Below are positions 1 through 20,017 of a stretch of DNA of 64,000 nt, in pieces. The stretch lies in the NCBI RefSeq assembly GCF_009914755.1, contig NC_060934.1; one strand, written 5' to 3'. The DNA is from the human T2T-CHM13v2.0 reference genome, Homo sapiens. Made by a program: the position numbers and the translations under genes. Under the pieces are notes generated by a model. It saw only the letters and a list, made by a program, of their open reading frames with translations. It searched no databases and was not told the DNA's origin. Every line of letters begins with the position of its first letter. Positions within the stretch are counted from its first letter, which is position 1.

Positions 1-126
<126 letters not shown>

Positions 127-141
127 TTCATTTTACATATA

Positions 142-488
142 CAGTCAGCCCTCTGTATTCATGGGTTCCACATTCATGGATTCAACCAACCACAGATAAA
201 AAAACATTTGAAAAAAAGAAAGAAAAGAATAGTTGCATCTATACTGAACATGTACAGACTTTTTTCTTATAATTTCCTAAGTGACACAGTATAACAACTA
301 CTTACATAGCCTTTACCTGGTGTTAGAGGTTATAAGTAATCTAGAGATGATTTAAAGCATACAGAAAAATGTGCATAGGTTCTATGCAAATACTACATCA
401 TTTTGTATAAGGGACTTGAGCATCTGTGGATTTTTGTATCTGTGAGGGGTCCTGGAAGCAATCCCCCATGTATACTGAGAGACAACTG
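142..488 (-). mobile_element. MER2 (TcMar-Tigger MITE)
   Basis: ~347 bp, CAGT...ACTG terminal inverted repeats, TA at left flank; reverse complement begins CAGTTGTCTCTCAGTATACATGGGGGATTGCTTCCAGGACCCC like the MER2 consensus. Confidence 0.85.
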
Positions 489-556
489 TGTGTGTGCATG
501 TGTGTGTGTATTTATTTATGCATATGTGTGTGTGTGTATATATATATATATTTATA
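487..556. repeat. compound (TG)n/(TA)n microsatellite
   Basis: Direct reading, adjacent to the MER2 end. Confidence 0.95.
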
Positions 557-1321
557 TCTCCTGTGGGTTCTGTTTCTCTGGAAAACTCGAATACACAGGG
601 TATTAGATGATTTTCATAAAAATGAACATTCACACCCACTGCAAATACCCTAATTTTGAGTTCACATTGCACTTCACATTACACTTGTATTTTTCAAGTG
701 TATTTTTTGGAAACCATAGCACTATAATACTGTGTTCTGCTGCATCCCAGGAGATTCCTCGGTTGGCCACATACTTGCCCTTTTATAGATAGTCCCTGGT
801 GGGTTTGATGGTCTAGCAGGGATCAAAATGAGCTGGCTTTCTGACCCTTCCCTTCATCTCTGCTTCCTAAAGAATCCCACATTGGTTGCTGCAAGGACTT
901 CCAATTGCTGTCAGAACTTTCAGATCTAATTAGATTGGATTTTAATTACTGCGTCAGCAGTGAGCCTGATCTGACTTTTGGAGAGCTAAGGTTGACCCCC
1001 ACTAAGGGTGCAACCGCCCAAGAAATGCAAAGTGGCTCACTCCATTTAGACTTGGAGGCCAAATGCCAGAAATAGTTCAGAAAAGTAGTGGTGGCTGGCT
1101 ATGGAAGCCTCTTCCTTAATTTGAGTAGCTCTCTTCCCTGCTTTACGGAGCAGTGGAGATGGCGGCCCAAACCAAAGCCAAGTAAGTAATTTACAAGTGA
1201 AGGCACATGCACCTTCCTGAGTGCTGACAGGATGTATTTCCAATTTACCAAGTGGCTGCAGGTCCTCATCTTTCTTGGCTGTCAACAGTTAAGAGACGAT
1301 TATTTTAAAATATACAATCTA

Positions 1322-1780
<459 letters not shown>

Positions 1781-1915
1781 AAAATGTACAATTTAAACAA
1801 GGTGTCTCAGATATCTACTTTGTAGCACTGCATTGATTTGCATTTGGCGAGTTTCCTTTAACATCACCATACTTCTCCCGCATCACTGACCTCCTCAGGC
1901 CAAAACTAGACCAGC

Positions 1916-1918
1916 GTT

Positions 1919-1984
<66 letters not shown>

Positions 1985-2260
1985 ATTTAAGATGGCTCTG
2001 TCATCCTGGCTGGAGCACAGTGGCAGGATCTCAGCTCACTGCAGCCTCTGCCTACTGGATTGAAGTGATTCTCATGCCTCGGCCTCCCAACTAGCTGGGA
2101 CTACAAGTGTGTGCCACGCCCAGCTAATTTTTGTATTTTTAGTAGAGACTGGGTTTCACCACGTTGGCCAGGCTGGTCTCGAACTCCTGACCTCAAATGA
2201 TCTGCCCACCTCAGCCTCCTAAAGTGCTGAGATTATAGGTGTGAGCCACTGCGCCCGGCC
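1916..2260 (-). mobile_element. AluS with (TG)29 in its tail
   Basis: TSD ACTAGACCAGC at 1905-1915 and 2261-2271; TG repeat 1923-1980. Confidence 0.92.
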
Positions 2261-2799
2261 ACTAGACCAGCTTTGTTTCTGCTAAAAGTAGATCTGAGCT
2301 TATCATATCTGTTTTTTCCCCTAGAAGACAAACAACCTGAAAACTATCCACTTAAGAATGCTGAGGCTCTCTGCATAGGACTGAGTACTGAGCTAGGGAC
2401 AGCCCCATAAGCTAGTTGATACCTGAACAGGGCTGCTTATGAAAGTCACAGAAAATTTTCATCTTTTTTCTGCAACACCAAAGTTCCTCCAAGGAAAATA
2501 TCAGCCTGGCCATCCAAGTATAAAAACAGCAATCCACTAAGTTTATTCCTTACCCGAGGCTGCAAACTTCAACACAGTCTACAATTCTTCAATTACTAGA
2601 ACTGTAAATAGCAAGTTACTAACAATGGAGAAAAAGAAAACAATAACAAAACATCTAATACCGCCCTTTGTTATTCAAATTCTTTTCCACAAGTTAGTTC
2701 CCAAAGATCTCTTCCTTTGCTGATGATTCCTTTTAAGCTTGCCAGGAGTGCAGTGCAAAAGCAGTAGTGGGCAAAGATTTATGAATATAAGAAAGAACT

Positions 2800-3058
2800 G
2801 GCCGGGCACAGTGGCTCACGCCTGTAATCCTAGCACTTTGGGAGGCCAAGGCAGGTGGATCACGAGGTTAAGAGATCAAGACCATCCTGGCCTCTCTACG
2901 AAAAATACAAAAAAATTATCTGGGCGTGGTGGTACATGCCTGTAGTCCCAGCTACTCGAGAGGCTGAGGCAGGAGGATCACCTGAACCTGGAGGTGGAGG
3001 TTGCAGTGAGCCGAGATCGCGTCACTGCACTCCAGCCTGGTGACAGAGTGAGACTCTG
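2800..3058 (+). mobile_element. AluS (tail missing)
   Basis: Alu consensus. Confidence 0.9.
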
Positions 3059-3671
3059 GCAGGTTCACTTTGGGCACAATGACCCCGCTTCTGTAAATGT
3101 GTCCTCACCTCAAAGCGGGGGTGACAAGACCACTCACTGAAACACAGGAAGGCAAATCCTAGAATGTATTAATATATAAATAACTAAAGGAAAAATCTCA
3201 TTCCTCTTCATTCCTGCTTTTATGACTTAACATGTCTGCAACATATTCATGTGGTAGTAAATGTTTGGTATTCTCTAGTCACGATGAACCTGGAAAGTGT
3301 TGACTCATGGGCTAGGGTAAGAGAAAGGAGAATAGTTCAAACAGCTTCTACAGATTGGTTTCTAAGAATCAGGATGGGAACATGTGCACAGTGAACTTTC
3401 AGCCTTTACGACCAACCACCTGCTGCACTTGGACATCTCAAAAGCACATCAAGTACACACTGTCTAAAACCAAGCCTACTAACTTCCTTCTCCTTTCGGG
3501 CTTCTAGGATCCCCCTAACTCACTAAATGGCATTAGTTGTGAAAGCCAAAAATCTAGGTTGCCATCATTGACTCATCTGTTCCCCCACTCACCCTGTCAC
3601 AATCCATAAGTCACTCCGGTTCATCCACTTTATCCCTCTAGAAGTAGTCACTGTCATTAGGATCACTCCTG

Positions 3672-4300
<629 letters not shown>

Positions 4301-5084
4301 TTACAAATATTATGACATAGTTCACAAACGCCAAAGCAAAATAATATATAAATATGCACACCATAAAGCATGTTAACAAAATGAACATTCACACACTGAC
4401 TAGCCAAGTTGTGAAAACATTACCATCATCTTTTAAAAATGTAAATATAACCAAATCACTCTTTGCTTACAATGCACATAATTCAGCCACACTGGTCTTT
4501 TCGATTTCCCAGTTCTGGCTGCCTCTTATCTTAGGATCTTTGCTGTCACTTCCGTTAAGAATGTGCTCTCCCACCTTCATTCTCCACCCGTTAACCTCTC
4601 TTATGAAATCCTCCTGAGTAGTCACGATTTCCTTCACAAGCACTTACCACATCTGGAATGACACAGTTCTGACTGATTGTTAAAGACCGGAAGCTCCATG
4701 TGAGCACAGACAGCATCTTTTCTGCTCATCACCGCATATCTTGTACCCAGCGTAATGCCCTGGCACCAGTACCTGTTTGCTAGATGATAAAACGAAGAGG
4801 AATTTCCTGGGTTGTGGATAGGGGCCAGTGGAAGAAAAAAAAATCTCTTACAATTTCATAGGTAGCACAGCCATTCCTTATGAAAATTATCATTCTTCCC
4901 CATCAGTAAATCCTACCTTTAATGAATTCTAGCCTATGGGGCCATATATTTCAAAGGATTGCCTAATTTAATTGCTTTGGCCTTGATACGCTTCAAGAAC
5001 ACAGCAATCTTCTACTAGTGGGTCTCTCCATATTAATTTCCACTCATTTCGCTATCGCCCATCTGCAACAGACCTTAGGACTAG

Positions 5085-5392
<308 letters not shown>

Positions 5393-6087
5393 AGGACTAG
5401 TATTTTTAAAGTTCGCATCTTGACTTTGACCTTGCTCGACCAAGAATTTATTCTTGGAACCAAAAATCAAGAGGTGAATAATTATCCTTTTCTAGTACAT
5501 AGCTCAACAAAATTAACTGATAACAACTTTTAAGTATATATACACTGTGAAATAAATGTTCTGTAATAGTACATGTGAATGTAAAACACTAAATTCACAA
5601 ATACGCTTTGTCATGAATCAGCTATGTGCCAAGACAAATTCCTTAACCGTGTTTACATCATCTTAAGTATCTTAAGAAAAATATGATGTGTTTATCATAC
5701 ATTATTTAACTAGAAACAAATTGTTATTCTAAAAGGTCAGGAAAAACTATTCTTTATGTATGAAATGAAGTTATTTCTACTTATTTTAGAGGCTATATAC
5801 CTATACAGAGAGGCCATACTTATAACATCCATGGATTTGACTGGCATTTAAATTCAGGTTCTGCAGTTTACAACAGTAACTCCTGGAAAAGTCTCATTTA
5901 GTTTCCTCACCTATGAAAAAGAGAAGCATTGCCTATCAAACAGGATTACCTGAAGATTAAACAAAATAACATAGGTGGAAGCACCTGTCATCATTTATAC
6001 TCAAAAAGGTTTTTTAAAAAAGTGAACAGACATGGGATAGCATGGTAGCGTACATAGGTTACAAAATCCTAAAAAGATAGTAAGTTA

Positions 6088-6420
<333 letters not shown>

Positions 6421-7499
6421 TTAAAGCAAATGGTCATAAAATATTGGACTAAACCTTAAAATAAGTCTGCACCTTCAGTAGCAATTAAATATTTGCTTTC
6501 AAAGGGAAAGGACTGGCATGTGGACAAGGCCTCATGCTGGCTGGCTATAAAATGCATCACTGACTCACATACGTAAACTACCTTAGTATTAATGACTTCT
6601 AAAAAACTTCTGAGGGTTTTGCTTACTTGTGTTTTCTGCAGTGAAGCATAGAAAATCCTCCTCTCCTTGCTCCTTTTTCCTTTTCATAGCTCTGAGCTGT
6701 TTTGCCCACTCGCACTAGTTACTGCACAGCAGGGCGGCCAGGTCAGAGCTCTGGGCTGTGTGCTACAGCTTCTGCAGTGATGACTTCAATCTCCTGACCT
6801 AACTTGACAAGACTGCAACTCTTCCCAGCACTCTCTGCAGGGGAAGGTGTGCGCTGCAATGAATTCCAAACATTGCTCCCTTTCTGAATGGTGCCTTGGT
6901 TGAACAGATTTGGCCTCTCTTCCTCATGCGAGAGATGTTTCCTTTCAGATAAAATGGAGAAAGGATGTGAAGAAAACTCTTGTAAGCCATCTCTGTAGAC
7001 CTCCGCACAAGTATTTTGTCCATTTTTCAGTATATTTTCTTGACAATTAGATACCAGGATAAGACTTAATTTAACATTTATAAATATTTAAGAAAAAAAG
7101 GAATCAATTTGGAAAACTTTTATCAATCAACAAGTTATCAAAACAAGGGTTTGCTTTTTGACAGTGAATGTACAATATTATATGGTTTGCCATTATTTCC
7201 TCTTTTGGAAGAAAGGTAAAATGAGAAATACATTATATAAGTCATTATAAGTTCAGTAGATTTTTAAAACACTTGAGACACGAGTTAGAAAAAATGCAAT
7301 TGAATAAACCAATTGTAAGACCCATCTCAAAACAACAAATTTAAATATGAACCACATATTAGATGATACTAAGTAATTATTGTTTTTGTTAGGAGTAATA
7401 ATATCACTGTGGATTTTTTAAAGGCCTTACTGAAGTATTATAAGTGAAATAATTTGTGTGATTTGCTTTAAAATATTCCGATTTTAAAAATTTTGTGTT

Positions 7500-7635
7500 G
7501 GATGGATGCAGTGGCTCATGCTTGTAATCCCAGCACTTTGGGAGACAGAGATAGGATTGCTTGAGGCCAGAAGTTCCAGACTAGCCTGGGAAACATGGCG
7601 AAACCCCGTCTCTTATTTTTTTTAAAATAAAGAAA
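7500..7635 (+). mobile_element. FLAM / Alu left monomer
   Basis: Left-arm consensus only. Confidence 0.8.
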
Positions 7636-8420
7636 AATTGTATGTTGAGGGAGGAGGGGTGTGGTGGTGGTGGTGATGGTGTGGATAGACAATAAATATG
7701 ATAATAGATCGCAGTACTCTTAACACTGCTGTTGAGATATATATATATATATATTATATATATATATATATATATAAAATAAACAAAATAATGGGATTTA
7801 TATATGTGGCACCCAGTACAATGTACAATTTTCTTTTTTAAAAAAGTATTTAGGTTATGCATTGCTAAGCACATCTGTGATTGATGAGAGTGACTCTAGT
7901 ATCTAAACTGTTGGAGGAGGGTTGTAAGGGTAACAGGTAGGGGAGGCATATAGAAGGAATATGTTGGTATCATAGATTTCCTAAGACTCAGGGAAGGCCA
8001 CAGAGCTAGGGTACTAGTCTATGCTAGAATTAATGGATTATGCAACCGAAGAAAGACAACTTTTGAATGAAAAGCTCTCTCTGTGCCAGACTTGAGGTCA
8101 CCAAGCATCCTGCTCACACTCTGCGATGTCTGTGGAGTAGCACACCACCAGAAACTGCTGATGGAATTACATCTTCAAGATTCAAAATGTTTAGATCCAA
8201 TATATCTAATCCATAAAAATAAAGCATTCTTTATGCTGAATGCAGTCCTATGCAGTCAAGAACAATAATCTAGACATTTTTCATGTAGGATTTAAATAGG
8301 AGTACAAGTGAATTAAACCATTCAGATAAAAACGCAACTAAAGATGCATTAGCTGCTTTGAGTCAATATATTTTGTGGTCAACCTGATACTCCATCCACA
8401 TAAAAAAGGCATTCTATTTC

Positions 8421-8437
8421 TTTATTTTTTTTTTATT
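8421..8437 (-). terminator. CUL2: twin AATAAA polyadenylation signals of CUL2
   Basis: tttatt at 8421-8426 and 8432-8437, ~430 nt past the stop; followed on the minus strand by U/GU-rich TTTTTTATGTGG. Confidence 0.75.
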
Positions 8438-8865
8438 TGACAAGCAGCAGTATCATGTTTGTCATTTTAATGTAGATACAATTATTAGGTTATCTGTCAT
8501 ATTACAATATTTAAGTTTTTAAATTTTATGTCCTTTAAGATACATTAAAAAAAAAAAAAAAGACACATCAACTGCAAACGTGAAGGGGAGAAAAAGCATG
8601 GTACCCAACCGAATTTCCACTTTTCAGCAATACTTCACTCATTCTTTTAATAAAGTTTTAAGAAATGTCATAATGACATGAGCTTGAAATATCTCTAGGC
8701 ATTTTCTTTGATGCTCATGACGTGGCACTGGTGATGTTGTAAACAGCAGAAAACAGGGGCTGCCAAATGACCAAATTATGGAGGCACAGTCCTGCTTTTT
8801 CCCACAGGAACACACCAAATGGTGATGGCAATGATCTTCTCACACCACGCTGGAGGAGAGCGACA

Positions 8866-9036
<171 letters not shown>

Positions 9037-9639
9037 TCAGCTATTAAGTAATGACTTTTAACCAATCAGTTTAAAGTGCCTCAAATGTACTGAGGTTTCA
9101 ACAAATGGGCCAAATTAAGTATGAAAATAGGAACTACAATGTGGAAAATGGATACAGCAAAATCTAATAATGATACATAATTAAGTGAAACAATAAACTA
9201 ATTAACCTAAGTACTCACACACAACCCCAAGCTTCTATTTAACTCAACTCTCAGCTCTTAGTTCAAACACTTTCTCAAGAAAGTTTTCCCCAGCAGCCCC
9301 TAGGCCAGGATATTTAAATACATTCTCATAGTACTGTATACGTTTCCTTCAGTGCATGCTAATGTAATTTTACATTTATTTGCATATCATTTCAATAGTG
9401 TATTTCTTCCCCCATTAAACTGTGAACTCCAAAAAAGCCTGCCATATCTTCAGCTGCTCTGTGCTATATCCCAGGGACCAGCCCAGCTGTCTATCACATG
9501 GTAGGCTCAGATAGTTATGGAATGAATGAATATCTGATGGGTCAATTTCCTTCAATAACTGGACAGAAGACTCAATGAATCAGCAAGTTTTAGACCTCTA
9601 AAATAAAGCCAAAGCAAATATGAATTTATTATTATCATT

Positions 9640-10220
<581 letters not shown>

Positions 10221-10327
10221 TGCAAATCTGAATTTAATACTGAAATTGTGAGTGAGTACGATTCTGATTAAGTATGAAACATTTCTTTATGCTATCTGAG
10301 GATCAGGTTATTTCTGTATCCTCTTTA

Positions 10328-10558
<231 letters not shown>

Positions 10559-10607
10559 TTAAGTCACTGAACTTGTTTTCAATTCATTTTATCAGTGAGT
10601 GCAAATA

Positions 10608-10761
10608 CTTTTTTTTTTTTTTTTTTGAGACAGGGTTTCACTCTGTCGTCCTGGCTGGAGTTCAGTGACTCGCTCTCAGCTCACCGCAACCTCCATCTCC
10701 TGGGTTCATGTGATTCTCATGCCTCAGACTCCTGAGCAGCTGGGATTACAGGTATGCACCA
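10608..10761 (-). mobile_element. partial Alu (right arm)
   Basis: Poly-T followed by right-arm consensus. Confidence 0.88.
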
Positions 10762-11489
10762 CAATATTGAGCAAATTATATAGTTATGTTGTGCCAATAT
10801 CACATAACCACTGCTAAAACATCTACAATTTCTAGGGTTAAAGTTGAAAGATTAGAAAAAAATTTACATTATTGTAAACTGTACTGTTAAGGTAAAGAGG
10901 CAATAAAGGAGGACACAGCAATAATTTGCAAGATCATTTTCTTATCAGTGATTACAGAATCTTTCATGACGCTTTTAGATGGAGTTGTGTCAACTGCAGT
11001 AATTAGCTCCAAATGCATACTGGATCAGGCTTCAAAGGGAAGAGCTGTGAAGTGGCATTTTATGTGGCTCAAGCAGAGAAGCCAGGAGAGGGGGCCTATC
11101 TCCACGGAGCTCAAGAAACACAGAAGCAAGGCATAGAAGCAGACCATGCCACATTAAGAGGATCTCCTCACAGCGTTTCAAAGACAAAATACAATCTATA
11201 TATTGCAAATTATTATTTATTAGCCTGGAGGAAAATGGAATCTTGACCATTTTAGGTTTCAAAGTAAATGGCAATTAATATTTGTCTCCCCCCATCGGGA
11301 ATTAAGTTTCTGGAGAGGGTCTAACATCTTATATTATCTTCACATCCTGCATCAGCCCAAGGACTGCACACCGGAGGCAATCAGGAAGCATAAGTGATAG
11401 AAACAGTCTATCCCAGACCAAAGCAACAATCACTGCTGAGTTAAAATAATGAAGAGCAGAAGTCCCCTCCTCACACTGGCCTGTCAGTA

Positions 11490-11580
11490 CCTCACTCCAC
11501 ACCCACTAGATCACAATCTGCATTTGAACAAGATGCCCAGGTGGCTCATTTGCATATGAAAGTTTAAGAAGCATTTTCTA
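11490..11580. mobile_element. MER5-type hAT relic
   Basis: AATCTGCATTTGAACAAGATGCCCAGGTG...AAAGTTTAAGAAGCA resembles the MER5A end. Confidence 0.6.
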
Positions 11581-11613
11581 CTGACAAATTTTCTTTGAAA
11601 GAAATGAGCTGTA

Positions 11614-11915
11614 GGCCAGGCGCGGTGGTTCACACCTGTAATCCCAGCACTTTGGCAGGCTGAGGCGGGCGGATCACGATGTCAGGAGATCGAGACCACC
11701 CTGGCTAACACAGTGAAACCCCGTCTATACTAAAAGTACAAAAAACAAAATTAGCCAGGCATAGTGGTGGGCGCCTGTAGTCCCAGCTACTCAGGAGGCT
11801 GAGGCAGGAGAATGGCGTGAACCCGGGAGGCAGAGCTTGCAGTGAGCCGAGATCACACCACTGCACTCCAGCCTGGGCGAGAGAGCAAGACTCCGTCTCA
11901 AAAAAAAAAAAAAAA
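11614..11915 (+). mobile_element. AluY
   Basis: GAGAATGGCGTGAACCCGGG and CTGGCTAACA diagnostics. Confidence 0.93.
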
Positions 11916-12181
11916 ATGAACTGGAGAACTTTCCCTTATTTTACAAATGAAAAATATGAAATTTTATTACTTCTCAATGTGGGAATTTTCGGAGAGAATG
12001 CATAGTTACACATTCTAATGGTTTAAGAGCAAATACAACAAAACCATACCCTTTTCCTTAGAAAAAACTAAAATACAAGTAGAGATTTCTGTTTGACTGT
12101 AAGGTTAATAAATGCCAACAACAAACCAGAAAAGACATATCCCATTATTAATTTTGCTGTGCAAAGTTTTGCACAATCTCA

Positions 12182-12355
<174 letters not shown>

Positions 12356-13105
12356 CTACATTTAAAAATAAAACATTTATATTTATAAAAACCAAAATCT
12401 TTAAATAAGAGTTTGCTGCAAGCAATTCTGCTAAATTAATGACCAAGCAAAAAAGCCTCCACTCTCATAACTTTTATATTATAGATTACCAAATTTAAGA
12501 GAAAAATAATTCTTTTGTTCAAACAAACAGGAAAAAACCCAATTATTTTCTACTTTTACATCTGCCAGAATCTTAAGCAGTTTATGTTTGGGAATAAGCT
12601 ATTTTCTGGTCCTACTATTCTATATACACTACTTTTTGATAAAATAAGAGTCAAGCTCATTGCCTAGAGTTTGACATTTTAATTTTTATGAAACACCAAA
12701 GTGCGTAACTTTTCCATCACCCCATTTTGAAAAAGCAACCACATTTTTTTTTACAAATGCCGCAGTAACAAAATACCCACTGTAAATGGCCTGATGACAA
12801 GAGAAAGCTGTGCCTCCAGTAGCACACAGCATCAATTTGCTGTGACCTGGGGTGATGGTGAAAACATTTATTTCAATCCATGTTTTATTCACTCTTCAAG
12901 AAGCAAGTGGCCTTTGCTCAGGGGAAAACTGTTTAGGCAATTTTTAGAATAACAACTTCTGTATCAGGCTTAAGAAAGCCACTGATATCATAGAGTGGAA
13001 TTTCTCTGGCAGCAGAATCAAAAGGCACTTGGAAGATGAAATAATTCTCAATAATAATCTAAGACATTCTGCTAAGGAATGGACAGATTCATAATTAAAT
13101 TTAAA

Positions 13106-13867
<762 letters not shown>

Positions 13868-14692
13868 CCATATTTTGCTAAGATTCTGATGCCAGATAAA
13901 TCATTTCTCAAAATTATGAAAACATTGATTTGAATTTCAGAATATGCCTTTTACAGTTGTTCAGTTATAGACTATAAAATGTCATCATAATCCTAGGGAT
14001 GTCAGCAAAATGAATTAATGAGAGAAATAAACTGTAGGCTATTAACTTTACAAAAATAAAAACAAAACATTATTTATAGGAATTTTTTCTTATAAGCACA
14101 ATAATTTGAAGGAGATATAATCCCACCTCTGTTGCATTTTTAACTATTTAAACATCTAGGATATACTATGACAACAAAACAGCAAAATCTTGTAACTAGA
14201 AAAAAAGTTACAGAGAAAAAAAGTAATATACTAATGGCTTGTTATTCTTGTGACAGATATTAAAAATATATGGTGGTTAAAAACAGATGACAGTTAATTG
14301 AGTGCTGACATTAAGAACACTTGGAATGGAGTTACACATATTAAATATGTGTACAAACAGACATCAACAGGCTGTCATTTCCTGTTATAGAACCATGAAA
14401 TTAAGCACATTTATAAAACCAAAAACCTGGAAAGTCTTTAAAGGCTAGTTTCAAAATCTCAATTAATCAAAATCTTCCAGATGGCAATTCTTTTACAATT
14501 ATTCAATAAGCTGTAACAGTATAGGACAAATAAAATCAAACTATAAACGGCACATGGCACCAACTCACACAGCATGCTCTGTGATGCCTTAACGCTCGCA
14601 GCTCTATGGAGCGTACAGTAACGTAGTGAATACAAGTGCTTTCCAGAGCACAATAACAATTACAGCCTTATTTTAAAACTGCAAACATCTCA

Positions 14693-14986
<294 letters not shown>

Positions 14987-15199
14987 TCAAAGAAACATTT
15001 CAAATTTACTTTATTTCAGACATTTTCTTCGGAAAGAGTGAACCAATAATTTTATTAAATTGTTGTAAAGCCACTGCTGTTAACAAGGTAGTCATTTTGT
15101 TTCTTGGGGAGGTGAGGATGGAAGTCTATTAGTTTTGAGTATATGGTATAAATCAGTAAAACTATCATAACTTCACCAGTAGGTTAAAACAGTCTTTAA

Positions 15200-17348
<2,149 letters not shown>

Positions 17349-18429
17349 CTATGAGTGAATTCATTAGCTTAATATCACCATAAATGCAATATTATCTTGA
17401 TTATTATCATTTATGCCTTGACATTTCAGATAAAACTGATATTTAGAAACATTTTTCAGAATTATCTGGATGGGAATACCAAGAGAAAAAATTCATAGCC
17501 CTCTAAATTTTCACAAAAGGAGGTTTAATATATTAAATTCAATATCCAATTCATAGAAACAGCTTGTGCAAAAAATTATCATTTGGAGTATACTATTAAC
17601 AATTTCTATAAAAAGGACTCTTATCAACATTTAAGTTTGGAAAATGTAAGTAAAACATTACATAAATTGCATTTTGTTATTTCTGCAATGACGACTTAAT
17701 CATATGCAGAAATAAGTAGAGAATTATGCATCAAGCACCAAGATGATTAAGTGGCACCATCAGCCAGGATGTCACTGATGCTGTAATATGCTGCCGTGGG
17801 TTTGAAAGCAGAATGAGTCTTCTGCCGTCTTTCAGCACCACGAGACCCAAAGAGCATTAGGAGATCATGCGAGGGGCCAAAGCATCATTTACTTCTTATT
17901 GAGTTCATTCTTTCATTGTGCCCTTTCTTGCTATTTTTCAATACTCTACCAGGGATCAGGGGTACACTGACCTCTTCCCACTTTTCTTAGCACCATACTC
18001 TTACTGAAAAGACTGGGGAAGGGGTGGGAAGACACGACAGGGGAAAGGAAACTTCAAACTTGGATGATTCATTTAATTACTGTGGTGTAAACACAAATGA
18101 GAAACAACAAGAGTGGTGATTTACCCTGCAGAATAGGTTGGCAAACCCTAAGAGACTAAAAACTAAAATAAAACATTCTGATACATGCATACTTAAAGTA
18201 AGCCAACAATAAATAATTCAAGCAGCATTTACAATGACAGGAAATAAAGAGCGGGCAGAACTCTCACAATAGTTTCATCCAAGTCACTCCCCAGTATCTG
18301 TGTCAGCTCTCTACTCTCTCAGGGCAAGTTGAAGGCATGATAGGATATCACCATTTTGCAACCAGTAATGAAACAACTGATTCTGGCAAGGATCATCAGT
18401 GGAGGCTAAAACTACATTAGGTTCCTGGA

Positions 18430-18950
18430 ACAGGGTATTCATGCCAAAGTATCATCCCTCAGACTGTCTGCTAAGCTAACTGAAGAGGGGAAAGAGTGCC
18501 TCTACAATGGAGATATCTGGTGGTTACCGCCTTCATCAAGTGACCAAATTTAGCATCTCTAATAGTGAGACAATCTGACATTAGATGCCTTTGAAATATG
18601 CAATATGAAATACACAGGACCACCTATGAAATATCCTTGCCAATAATACTTAACTGAATATAATCAAACCTTTAGAACTAATTTCCACTTTCCAGAACAT
18701 ACAAGGAATAGAAAACAAATTTAAAAAAAAAAAAAATAAATCACAAATAAGTAATCCAAAGTACTGGATATTCTACAAGACAACTGGCCTGGTCTGTTCA
18801 AAACAGTGTGTCAAAGAATGCTGAGAAGTGGGGAGGTGGAAGGGAAATGTAACAACCAAATACAATTAGTGACCTCTGACAGTCAAGCAAGTCACCTTGG
18901 GACAGTCAGGGAAATTTGAATATGGACTGGACATTAGACAATACTAACAT
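18430..18950 (+). mobile_element. ancient L1ME-type 3' fragment
   Basis: Resembles L1ME 3' UTR (CAAGTGACCAAATTTAGCATC; GAAATTTGAATATGGACTGG). Confidence 0.6.
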
Positions 18951-19519
18951 CCCTCCCTATTTTTAGCTGTTGGAATTATTTGAAAACAAAAGCAGGACAA
19001 ATTTAGTCAATAGAATCGTTATCTTTTAAGGTATGCACAATGATATGGTGTTACTTTTATTCTGGCAAACACTAGTAACTACCAACACATACTATGATGT
19101 AGGGTTCACAAAATTCTAGCCTGATCCATACTATGTACTGTCTGGTGAAGTTTTTTTTATCTTCCTTGAGTTCATCATTTCTCAACGTGTCTTTCAGCAA
19201 CTGACCAGCAATCTCTACAACTTCTTGCTCTGCCACAAATAAAACTTATTTATACAAAGACAGTGTAATGGTTTCTGTCACACTGTCTGGTTATATCTCT
19301 TTATCAAGTATCTGTATGTCTTTATCAAACTGTTCCTTATCGTTAATTCTATCCAAAGCCTTAGTCATAAATCCAGTGGAATTTTCAGGATTTTTCTCAC
19401 TCTGTCACATCTGGCATCACAGATTGCTTCTTAAAATTCTTCCTCTGTTGGAAATACACTCTCAACACTCTCCTTTACGTAGCTTGGTTAAGTCCTATTC
19501 ATTCTTTTTATTTTATGGG

Positions 19520-19630
19520 TTTTTTTTTTTTTTTTTCAAGACAGGGTCTCACTATGTTGCCCAGGCTGATCTTGAACTCCTGGGCTCAAGTGATACTCCT
19601 GCCTCAGCCTCCCACAGTGCTAGATTACTA
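19520..19630 (-). mobile_element. partial Alu (left arm)
   Basis: Poly-T followed by left-arm consensus. Confidence 0.85.
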
Positions 19631-19799
19631 TGACCTTATTTAACCTTGATCACCTTCTCATGGACCTTAGGGGTTAGAGCTTCAACAGAAGACTTTGTAG
19701 GGAGCACATTACAGTCTCTGCAAGCCATGGACATGGTGACAATTTTATTCCATTCTAACTGCAGATTAAATTAACCTCCATGTTAATCTGCAGCATGTT

Positions 19800-19931
19800 T
19801 TCTTTCTTTCTTTCTTTCTTTTTTTTTTTTGAGACGGAGTCTTGCTCTGTCGCCCAGGCTGGAGTGCAGTGGCGTGATCTCGGCTCACTGCAATCTCCGC
19901 CACCCGGGTTCATGCCATTCTCCTGCCTCAG
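19800..19931 (-). mobile_element. AluY 3' portion, truncated abruptly
   Basis: (TTTC)n/T tail, GGGTTCATGCCATTCTCCTGCCTCAG, then non-Alu sequence. Confidence 0.92.
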
Positions 19932-19934
19932 AGA

Positions 19935-19983
19935 ATCTTATTTTCTGCACACTGCTGTGTATAAACATACATTTTTTTATATA

Positions 19984-20017
<34 letters not shown>

